Shown here in pieces: positions 56,595 to 64,000 of a DNA stretch of 64,000 nucleotides (the stretch's first letter is position 1; every line of letters begins with the position of its first letter). This DNA is from an uncultured Gammaproteobacteria bacterium (GTDB taxonomy: Bacteria > Patescibacteriota > Microgenomatia > Daviesbacterales > UBA10151): contig CAZCNP010000001.1 in the NCBI GenBank assembly GCA_964500725.1, forward strand, positions 321,520 through 385,519, in the 5' to 3' direction. The notes under the pieces were generated by a model. The model had not been told where the DNA came from and did no database searches. It was given only the letters and a program-made list of their open reading frames with translations. Both the position numbers and the translations under genes were made by a program.

Positions 56595-56717
56595 TTGACA
56601 ACGTAGTTAATTTGCGGTATGGTAAAGTTGCAAAAAAAGGAACAGGGTAGACGGCTGTTTCTTTTTTTGTACCCTTTTTTGTTCTCCTTGTCAATTATTT
56701 GCAATTCGGTGTAAAAT
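56595..56717 (+). promoter_or_regulatory. Two sigma70-like promoter candidates upstream of the atp operon: TTGACA-N17-TATGGT at 56595..56623 and TTGTCA-N18-TAAAAT at 56688..56717; the latter is near-leaderless
   Basis: Hexamer matches. The second -10 ends 9 nt before the atpF ATG at 56727. Confidence 0.35.
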
Positions 56718-56726
56718 GACCTTAAT

Positions 56727-57413
56727 ATGCCCAATCTACCTTTTGACCCAACTACCTTATTATTAATACTAGGACTTATCATTACCGCTATTTTGTACCT
56801 TCGTGAATATAACCTCAGAAACAAGTTGGAAACCAACAATGAAAAAGTCTTGGAAAAAATCAAGGAACAAAGCTGGAGTATCTTGCACGATTCTACCAAA
56901 AAATCAAATGCCATCTTAGGACAAGCAGAGCTTGAAGGAATAAAAGTTGTAGCAGGAAGCAAAGTAGAAACAGCTAAATTTGAGCAGTCTTTTTCAAAAG
57001 AGCTCTCTGAAGCTGTAGGTTCTTCTAAACAAGTTATTGTAAATGCCCAAAACCAGCTGCTTGAGTTTATGAAGGATTTACAAACAAGAAGCGCAGAGTT
57101 TGAGGAAGCCAGTAAACACGCAGGGGAACAAAGAATTAATCAACTATTTGACAGATTTGAACAAAGACTGGCTGATTTTTTGGTGCAAACAGAACAAAAA
57201 ACCACCTCCTCTATTGAACTGGAGCTTAAAAGCACAAGAGCGCTGATTGAAATATATAAAAATGAGCAGCTTAAATTAATTGATGAGAATATTATTGCCA
57301 TGATGGAACAAACCTTAAGTATAGTTTTAGCAAAAAAACTTTCCTTAAAAGATCAGCTTGATCTTGTTTACGAAGCCTTAGAAAAAGCTAAGGTAGAAAA
57401 ATTTATTGTTTAA
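56727..57413 (+). CDS. atpF: F-type ATP synthase subunit b-like (single N-terminal TM plus long coiled coil)
   Basis: TM helix LLLILGLIITAILYL followed by an E/K/Q-rich helical region; first gene of the atp block. Confidence 0.55.
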   Translation: MPNLPFDPTTLLLILGLIITAILYLREYNLRNKLETNNEKVLEKIKEQSWSILHDSTKKSNAILGQAELEGIKVVAGSKVETAKFEQSFSKELSEAVGSSKQVIVNAQNQLLEFMKDLQTRSAEFEEASKHAGEQRINQLFDRFEQRLADFLVQTEQKTTSSIELELKSTRALIEIYKNEQLKLIDENIIAMMEQTLSIVLAKKLSLKDQLDLVYEALEKAKVEKFIV

Positions 57414-57419
57414 GATTTT

Positions 57420-57896
57420 ATGAACGAGATACTCACCATTATTTTGAAAGATACTTATTCCTTATCCCAACTTAAACATAGGCTAAGAATTCTCAAAACG
57501 TCTCTCTTGAAGGCTTTTTTTGGCAGCAAGGAAGAAATCTCCTTCTCCCCTGATGAACTAAGCTGGCTGAAATCTTTACCTGATAACTTTTATCAAAAAT
57601 TCAGCAAGGACAATATCTATCAAATTTTTACTGAATTTGAGCAAGAAATTAGCAAACTACAAACGCTCACCATACATTTGACTTTTGAACCAGACGAGTC
57701 AACATTAGCTCAAATAGGCACTTACGTTAGACATCACTTTGAGGCTACCATACCTTTAGATATCAAGTTCGATCCTAGTCTGATTGCAGGCGCAGCCTTA
57801 GTCTGGAAAGGAGTCTACAAAGATTATTCCCTCAAAGCCAGACTAGATGCAAAAAAGACCGAAATGCTGCAGGAATTCAAAAGGTTTTTAAGATGA
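57420..57896 (+). CDS. atpH: F-type ATP synthase subunit delta (OSCP)
   Basis: Position between b and alpha; C-terminal ATIPLDIKFDPSLIAGAALVWKGVYKDYSLKARLD is OSCP-like. Confidence 0.6.
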   Translation: MNEILTIILKDTYSLSQLKHRLRILKTSLLKAFFGSKEEISFSPDELSWLKSLPDNFYQKFSKDNIYQIFTEFEQEISKLQTLTIHLTFEPDESTLAQIGTYVRHHFEATIPLDIKFDPSLIAGAALVWKGVYKDYSLKARLDAKKTEMLQEFKRFLR

Positions 57897-57900
57897 AATT

Positions 57901-59379
57901 ATGGATCAAAACGAAGTAGGTTATGTTGTTAGTAGTAGAAATTTTCTAGTCAACCTCAACGGCTTTCCAACTATCAAAGTCAACGATATGTTGGAATCTG
58001 ACAATAATTTAAGAGGCTGGGTTAATACCCTCGAGAAAGATAAAATTGAAGTTTTAATGCTTGATGAAGGAACTATTAAACCAAAGCAGCAGTTTAAAAA
58101 GCTACCCAACCATCTAGGAATTAGTGTTGGAGATTTTTTGCTAGGCCGGGCAATCAACCCACTTGGTATCCCAATTGATGGTAAAAAGCTAATTCCTAAC
58201 CCTAAAACAAAACTGGTTTTAGAACTTGATAGAGAAGCTCCAGGAATAGAAGCTAGAAGGTTTATCACCAACCAGTTTTTAACAGGCATCACCTTAATCG
58301 ACACTTTAATTCCCTTAGGCAAAGGGCAAAGAGAGTTAATATTAGGGGATGCTCATTCTGGTAAAACAGGTTTTTTAATTGACACTGTCATAAATCAAAA
58401 AAATACTGGGGTAATTTGTGTAATAGCTTTAATTGGCAAACCTGCTGTGGTAATAAGAAACTTAATTGATATATTAAAAAACAACGGGGCGCTCGATTAT
58501 ACTGTGGTAGTTGCTACCTCCTCTTCTGAAACAGCACCGCTAATTTACTTAACTCCAAAATCCGCAATGACTATTGCAGAATATTTTCAAAGCAAAGGCA
58601 AAGATGTGCTGTTAATTTTGGATGACCTGGGTTCTCATGCCAAAATCTATAGAGAAATTGCCCTGTTGGGTAATAAGGCTCCAGGCAGAGAATCTTACCC
58701 GGGAGATATTTTTTATCAACATGCTCATTTGTTGGAAAGGGCAGGTAGTTTCCTGCCTACATTCGGAGGAGGTTCTATTACTGCTCTACCTGTTATTGAA
58801 CTTAATTTGTCAGATTTTACTACTCTTATCCCTACCAACCTGATGTCTATAACCGATGGACATTTGATGTTTAAAGCTAGCCTGCATTCTCAAGGGCAGA
58901 TACCTGCGGTGGATATTTCACTTTCAGTTTCCAGGGTAGGCAGACAAACTCAAGACTATCTAACCAATTTACTCTCAGCTAAGGTAAGGCAAGTCTTATC
59001 TGAAGCAGCAGATTTGGAAACTATCTCTAGGTTTTCTTCAGAACTACCAGCAGAAACCCAGCTAACCCTAAAAAGAAAAGATTTAATTATGGAAATTTTA
59101 AAACAAGAACCCTTAACCACCATAGCCAAACCAATACAAACAATTTTACTTACCCTCCCCTTTAGCACATTTGTGCAAGATAAAAGCGCCGGACAAACTT
59201 TTTTGCTCAAGAGTAAAGATTTTATTGAAAAATATAAAACAACTATTATCGAGGCTTTCTTAAAGGATCCTCAACTTGTACCAATTACAAAGGCTACCAA
59301 CCAATTAAAAACTGATGAGGAATTAATCAAACTGCTAAATGGAATCGAGCCAATACTAAACAAAATATGCCCACCTTAA
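57901..59379 (+). CDS. atpA: F-type ATP synthase subunit alpha (divergent P-loop GDAHSGKT)
   Basis: GDAHSGKTGFLIDTVINQ is a Walker A motif (canonical GDRQTGKT); ILDDLGSHA and the overall length fit alpha. Confidence 0.75.
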   Translation: MDQNEVGYVVSSRNFLVNLNGFPTIKVNDMLESDNNLRGWVNTLEKDKIEVLMLDEGTIKPKQQFKKLPNHLGISVGDFLLGRAINPLGIPIDGKKLIPNPKTKLVLELDREAPGIEARRFITNQFLTGITLIDTLIPLGKGQRELILGDAHSGKTGFLIDTVINQKNTGVICVIALIGKPAVVIRNLIDILKNNGALDYTVVVATSSSETAPLIYLTPKSAMTIAEYFQSKGKDVLLILDDLGSHAKIYREIALLGNKAPGRESYPGDIFYQHAHLLERAGSFLPTFGGGSITALPVIELNLSDFTTLIPTNLMSITDGHLMFKASLHSQGQIPAVDISLSVSRVGRQTQDYLTNLLSAKVRQVLSEAADLETISRFSSELPAETQLTLKRKDLIMEILKQEPLTTIAKPIQTILLTLPFSTFVQDKSAGQTFLLKSKDFIEKYKTTIIEAFLKDPQLVPITKATNQLKTDEELIKLLNGIEPILNKICPP

Positions 59380-59383
59380 ACTC

Positions 59384-60247
59384 ATGACTATTAAACAAAT
59401 TGAAGCAATCTTAGAAGAAGGACAATCTCTTAAAGAAATTGCCCAGGCCTATTCTGAAATTGCCAGCTTGAAAGTTAAAAGATTAAGAATTGAAGTAGAA
59501 AGAAATAGAGTATTTTTTAATGAGCTTATTAAAGTTTATGGTTTAGTTAAAACTTTGGCTATTAAAAAGAAGATAGCCATCAGTAAACCTAAAAAAAGAC
59601 TTTATATCCTACTTACCTCAAATTCTAGATTTTACGGTAATATCAACTCATCTTTGCTCAACTATTTTATCGGATCAACCAGACAACTGCAGGATGTAGA
59701 TCGGTTAATCCTTGGAAAAGTAGGAATTAATTTCTTCAAAGCCACTAAATTACTACCTGATTACAAAGAGGCTGTTTTAAAGGAAGATATGCCTACCTCC
59801 CAAGAACTGATTGATTTAGTAAAACTCTCTTCTGAGTATAATCAAGTATTGGTATTTCATACTAAAATGAAAAGCTTGCTGACCCAAATGGCCACTTTTA
59901 CAGATATAACTGCAGTTTCCCTATATATGAGAGATTTCTATACCAGCTCTTTTAACGTAAATATAGGAGAAAACACTACGCGTTTTATCTTTGAGCCTGA
60001 ACTTGTCAAAATATTGCAATTTTTTGACCACCAAATACTAACTTTACTGCTTGAACAAACTTTTCTAGAATCCGAACTCTCTAGAACAGCCTCCCGTTTT
60101 ATCACCATGGATCAAGCAGAAACAGAGGCAAATAAGTTCATCAAAGAGTACCAATCCCTCAAAGCTTACGCCAAAAGAAGCCTAAACAATAATACAATTC
60201 TGGAAAATTTTGCTACCATGATAGCGGTAAGGAAAGCAAAAGAATGA
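59384..60247 (+). CDS. atpG: F-type ATP synthase subunit gamma
   Basis: MTIKQIEAILEEGQSLKEIAQAY...; the C-terminal helix and position between alpha and beta fit gamma. Confidence 0.7.
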   Translation: MTIKQIEAILEEGQSLKEIAQAYSEIASLKVKRLRIEVERNRVFFNELIKVYGLVKTLAIKKKIAISKPKKRLYILLTSNSRFYGNINSSLLNYFIGSTRQLQDVDRLILGKVGINFFKATKLLPDYKEAVLKEDMPTSQELIDLVKLSSEYNQVLVFHTKMKSLLTQMATFTDITAVSLYMRDFYTSSFNVNIGENTTRFIFEPELVKILQFFDHQILTLLLEQTFLESELSRTASRFITMDQAETEANKFIKEYQSLKAYAKRSLNNNTILENFATMIAVRKAKE

Positions 60248-61665
60248 ATGCTCAAAATCAAGCAAGAGGCATAATTACCTCAGTTAATGGTCAAATTGCC
60301 ACTATTGAAATTGAGGATGATATTTTCCCTGAGCTTTTTGAAATAATGGTCTGTCCTTCTGAACCTTCGGTTATACTGGAAGTTTTTTCCCAATCAGAAC
60401 TTTCTATTTTTGTTCAAATCTTAAGTAATCCTGAAAAGCTCTTTAGAGGTATGCAGGTTGTAGGAACAGGCTCTGATTTAAAGGTGCCGGTAGGACCATC
60501 TGTTTTAGGAAGAGCCATCAATTTATTTGGTCATCCAAAAGATAATGGTGGAAAATTAAACTCAAAAGGTGCAAATGCTTCTATTTACTCTAAAGCCCCT
60601 TCTTTAAATATCGTCCAAAGCACCTATCAAATTTTGGAAACTGGAATTAAAGCAATAGATTTTTTAACCCCAATACAAAAAGGTGGGAAAGTAGGTTTTA
60701 TCGGAGGCGCAGGAGTTGGTAAAACTATTTTGCTAACAGAACTCATGCATAATATTACTCTCAAACCAACTATCCCTACCAAGACAAATGTGTCAACCAA
60801 GCCAATATATTCTGTATTTGCAGGGGTGGGAGAAAGAATTCGAGAAGGTCAGGAGCTACATCAAAGATTACAAGAATCTCAAGTTTTAGCAAAAACAATT
60901 ATAGTTTTAGGACAAATGAATGAAAATGCTGCCATCCGTTTCAGAGTAGCTCTAGCAGCCGTTGCTCAAGCTGAATATTTTAGAGATGTGATGAAATCAG
61001 ATGTCCTGTTTTTTATTGATAATATGTTTAGGTTTGTCCAAGCTGGAGCTGAAGTAGCCACCCTGCTGGGCACCATCCCCTCTGAACAAGCATATCAAGC
61101 AACCTTACAAACAGAAGTATCATCTCTAGAAGATAGATTAATCCCCACCGCCAATGGATCAATTACCTCTTTCCAAAATGTTTATGTGCCGGCTGATGAA
61201 ATTTCTGATGCAGGAGTAATTGCTGTTATGTCTCTACTTGATAATGCCATAGTGCTATCACGTTCAGTTGCCCAAAAAGGCATTTACCCTCCTATTGATC
61301 TTTTTCAGTCTTCCTCTTCTACTGCTTCCAAATCTTTTTTGGGCGAGACTCATTTTAAAGCTTTAACGGAATTTCAAAAACTGTTAGAAGGCTATAATAA
61401 ACTCTCACATATCGTGGCAATTGTCGGAGAAGAAGAACTATCTCCGGAAAATCGTTTACTTTATAGTAGGACTAAAAAAATCATAAATTATCTAACTCAA
61501 CCGTTTTTTATGACGGAAAAACAAACTGGCAGAAAAGGAGTATATGTTCCTCGAGAAACTACTGTAAAAGATATCGAAATGATACTTTCTGGAAGGTTAG
61601 ATAACATCCCAGCAGATAAATTCAAATACATTGGTGGCTTAACCGAAGGAGGGATAATAACATGA
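60244..61665 (+). CDS. atpD: F-type ATP synthase subunit beta
   Basis: GGAGVGKTILLTELMHNI (Walker A), VFAGVGERIREGQEL, and the DELSEED-region analogue GEEELSPENRL. Confidence 0.85.
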   Translation: MNAQNQARGIITSVNGQIATIEIEDDIFPELFEIMVCPSEPSVILEVFSQSELSIFVQILSNPEKLFRGMQVVGTGSDLKVPVGPSVLGRAINLFGHPKDNGGKLNSKGANASIYSKAPSLNIVQSTYQILETGIKAIDFLTPIQKGGKVGFIGGAGVGKTILLTELMHNITLKPTIPTKTNVSTKPIYSVFAGVGERIREGQELHQRLQESQVLAKTIIVLGQMNENAAIRFRVALAAVAQAEYFRDVMKSDVLFFIDNMFRFVQAGAEVATLLGTIPSEQAYQATLQTEVSSLEDRLIPTANGSITSFQNVYVPADEISDAGVIAVMSLLDNAIVLSRSVAQKGIYPPIDLFQSSSSTASKSFLGETHFKALTEFQKLLEGYNKLSHIVAIVGEEELSPENRLLYSRTKKIINYLTQPFFMTEKQTGRKGVYVPRETTVKDIEMILSGRLDNIPADKFKYIGGLTEGGIIT

Positions 61666-61937
61666 CAGCATCAAATCTCCGCGTCCGCATTATCTCCCCT
61701 CAAGAATTAATCTTAGACACCAGAGCTTACTCAGTAAGCTCTAAAAACTCTCGAGGTAATTTTGACATTCTCCCTGCACATGCTAATTTTATTACAATTG
61801 TAGAAAATGAACCTATCATCATCCGCTCTCCGCAACAGAAACCTTTAACTTTTAAATTCCCTTTAGCCATTATTTTAACTATGGAGAACAACATTAGTAT
61901 ATACACTTATGCTTCTCCCAAAATTGTATTAAATTGA
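61662..61937 (+). CDS. atpC: F-type ATP synthase subunit epsilon (N-terminal beta-sandwich only)
   Basis: LRVRIISPQELILDTRAYSVSSKNSRGNFDILPAHANFITIV. Confidence 0.7.
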   Translation: MTASNLRVRIISPQELILDTRAYSVSSKNSRGNFDILPAHANFITIVENEPIIIRSPQQKPLTFKFPLAIILTMENNISIYTYASPKIVLN

Positions 61938-62010
61938 TCTACAAAGTTTGCTTTTGTATATAATTAATGCTAGTTGCAATTTGAGACAGAATTTCCTACT
62001 CTAAAGATAT

Positions 62011-64000
62011 ATGGATAATTCATTAATAATAGATCTAAAAAAGCTGATTAATACCTATTTTGCTTTAATCTTTAAAATAGGTTTGATAGTTGTAATACTT
62101 TCTGTTCTTTTTCTTTTTACTAATTTGCTTAGCGAGACTTATGATACTCCTAAATTTTTAGTACTGCTTGTTGTAACAGGCATTTTATTGGTACTTTTGA
62201 CTTTAAAGTTTACCCTTACTAGTAAAGTAGTGTTTATTAAAACTCCGCTAGATATCCCTTTACTACTACTTTTAGCAGTTGGTATCGTATCTACAATCCT
62301 ATCGTCATCTCCTTATATTTCTCTTTTAGGCAATCAGCTAAAGATACACGGCAGTTTAATCAGCTTAACAGTGTATATCTTGTTCTATTTTCTACTAGTT
62401 AATAATTTAAAAGGATTTAAAAAAATAAAATGGGTATTTAATATACTTATTCCAGCTTCTCAAATCCTGGCTGCTATTACCCTAGTATCGTATGCAGGAA
62501 TAAAGATACTGCCTGCTCCTTGGACTACCGGAACCAACTTTACTACCACTGGGTCGTCATTTTCTACCACAGCTATTTTGGCGCTTTTAATACCTTTTAT
62601 GGTTACAGAGATTTTAAACTCCAAAAAACCTTTACTTACTATTTTAAATAGCTTATTTTTAACACTCTCTGGTGTTACTATTGCCCTAACAGGCACATGG
62701 GCTACCTGGACTACAGCCTTAGCAGGAGTAGCTTTAACACTTTTTGCAAACAATACAAGAAGCTTAAGTTCTTTCAAACCCTTAAGCTTGATCGGTATAG
62801 TTACTCCTTTGGTGATTACTGCTTTAATTACAGTTTTATCTTTCATACCCCCAATGGGCAGTGCGAAAAACCCAATCTACACTCAAGCGCAAAGCTTTCC
62901 TAGAGAAATTCAATTAGGCTTTCAAGATTCTTGGAAAATATCAGTATCAGCTTTTCGCGATACACCTTTTTGGGGAACAGGCCCAGCAACTTATCTTTTT
63001 GATTTCACTAATTACAAACCAGCGGAATTTAATTCTTCTAAATTCTGGAATCTAAGATTTGACTGGGCATTTAATGAATACTTGCAAGTCTTAGCCACTT
63101 TAGGAGGCATTGGACTGGTAGCTCTACTATCTATTACGGCATTATTTTTCTCTAGCGCATATAAAACAATTTCTAAGCCGCACCAATTACCTGACTCTGA
63201 ACTTCACCTTCCTTTAGCTATCTCCGGCATTCTATTTTTTATAATACTCGCTTTGCATGCATCAACTCTGAGTCTATGGGTAATTGGGGTATTAATTTTG
63301 GCATCATTCATGGTAAACAACATCTCAGAAGGCTTACAAAATAGTTGGAGCAAGATATCGGATTTTAAAAGTCTACTTTCTAGAGTCGCCAGTAATGTTA
63401 CAACTGTCAATTCTTCGGAAGAAACCATAAAGGTAGAGGCTTTACCTGGTGTGCTACTCACTATAGCTTTAGCTTTAGTCTTATTTACTTTCTTTTTTGG
63501 AGGCAAATTTGCTCTTGCTGACTATCATCATAGACTAGCTTTAAATGCAGTTTCACAAAATCAAGGAATAGTCGCCTATAACGAGCTAGTAGCAGCAGAA
63601 AAATTAAATCCTTACTCAGATTTGTACAGAACAGATCTTGCCCAAACTAATTTTGCCCTAGCTAATGCAATAGCAGCTGCCAAGGGTCCGACTGAGGCTT
63701 CACCAGCTGGATCTTTAACAGATCAAGATAAACAAAACATTCAAGTCTTACTTCAACAATCTATTAACGAAGGCAGAACAGCTGTTGCTCTTTCTCCTAA
63801 ATCAGCCAGTAACTGGGAAATATTGGCGCTTTTATACAGACAAATAGCTGGTGTTGCTCAAAACGCCTTGATTTTCTCTTTAGATTCATATGGCAGAGCT
63901 ATCCTTCAAGATCCTACCAATCCTCTTTTAAGAGTAAATGTTGGTGGAGTTTATTACGCAGTTAAAAATTATGATATGGCCATCAGATTTTTCACTGATG
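62011..64000 (+). CDS. Partial (runs off window end) O-antigen-ligase-like polytopic membrane protein with C-terminal TPR-like repeats
   Basis: Open frame from ATG at 62011 (TAA at 62002) to the window end with no stop. At least 10 TM helices; WNLRFDWAFNEYLQVLATLGGIGLV is a Wzy_C-like motif. The tail is TPR-like (AVKNYDMAIRFF, NWEILALLYRQIAG). Confidence 0.5.
   Translation, partial: MDNSLIIDLKKLINTYFALIFKIGLIVVILSVLFLFTNLLSETYDTPKFLVLLVVTGILLVLLTLKFTLTSKVVFIKTPLDIPLLLLLAVGIVSTILSSSPYISLLGNQLKIHGSLISLTVYILFYFLLVNNLKGFKKIKWVFNILIPASQILAAITLVSYAGIKILPAPWTTGTNFTTTGSSFSTTAILALLIPFMVTEILNSKKPLLTILNSLFLTLSGVTIALTGTWATWTTALAGVALTLFANNTRSLSSFKPLSLIGIVTPLVITALITVLSFIPPMGSAKNPIYTQAQSFPREIQLGFQDSWKISVSAFRDTPFWGTGPATYLFDFTNYKPAEFNSSKFWNLRFDWAFNEYLQVLATLGGIGLVALLSITALFFSSAYKTISKPHQLPDSELHLPLAISGILFFIILALHASTLSLWVIGVLILASFMVNNISEGLQNSWSKISDFKSLLSRVASNVTTVNSSEETIKVEALPGVLLTIALALVLFTFFFGGKFALADYHHRLALNAVSQNQGIVAYNELVAAEKLNPYSDLYRTDLAQTNFALANAIAAAKGPTEASPAGSLTDQDKQNIQVLLQQSINEGRTAVALSPKSASNWEILALLYRQIAGVAQNALIFSLDSYGRAILQDPTNPLLRVNVGGVYYAVKNYDMAIRFFTD

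Noticed and set aside
56640-56682. A/T-run hairpin CAAAAAAAGGAACAG-ggtagacgg-CTGTTTCTTTTTTTG upstream of atpF
   Set aside because: It sits in a region that terminates no gene on either strand (leuS and atpF both start here), and the stem is mostly A-T pairs. Noted, but not convincingly a terminator or riboswitch.
56540-56962. 140-aa minus-strand ORF overlapping the atpF start and promoter region
   Set aside because: Low-complexity translation, it overlaps a well-supported plus-strand gene and its promoter, and it has no motif support.

Overview
This is a low-GC window with short intergenic spacers, standard stop-codon usage, GTG starts and many secreted or membrane proteins; it reads like a small CPR/Patescibacteria-type genome. 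Conserved core genes are present: rplJ-rplL, mreB, ndk, argS, leuS, comEA plus a short comEC, and an F1Fo ATP-synthase block b-delta-alpha-gamma-beta-epsilon with no a or c subunit nearby. Most of the window, from about 0.6 kb to 47.7 kb, is an accessory cell-surface region. It holds a dockerin-bearing protein, two O-antigen-ligase-like proteins, a 1,838-aa secreted protein (DUF5667 repeats, novel Cys-rich modules, a Y/S/G-rich low-complexity segment), two glycosyltransferases, a LamG/DUF2341 giant protein, HicBA and HigBA toxin-antitoxin cassettes, a sortase, two tRNAs, and a decayed integrative element (truncated large serine recombinase, endonuclease remnant, NYN gene). The centrepiece is a single 17,955-nt ORF (5,984 aa, 16417..34371). 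It has an N-terminal MerR/excisionase-like HTH, one TM segment, hundreds of GNVGIG-type fibre repeats, an internal peptidase-S74 intramolecular-chaperone domain, and three inteins inserted at the same repeat junction (HVVGQ | C...HN | TFITGNVGIG). Intein 1 carries an NYN/LabA-like nuclease domain where a homing endonuclease normally sits; a free-standing paralogue lies at 47173..47667. Intein 2 carries an unknown ~200-aa insert. Intein 3 is a mini-intein with an antisense tRNA-like sequence. The giant gene also contains perfect intragenic repeats of 0.4-1.2 kb. All calls are from reading the sequence and ORF translations; no database search was run.
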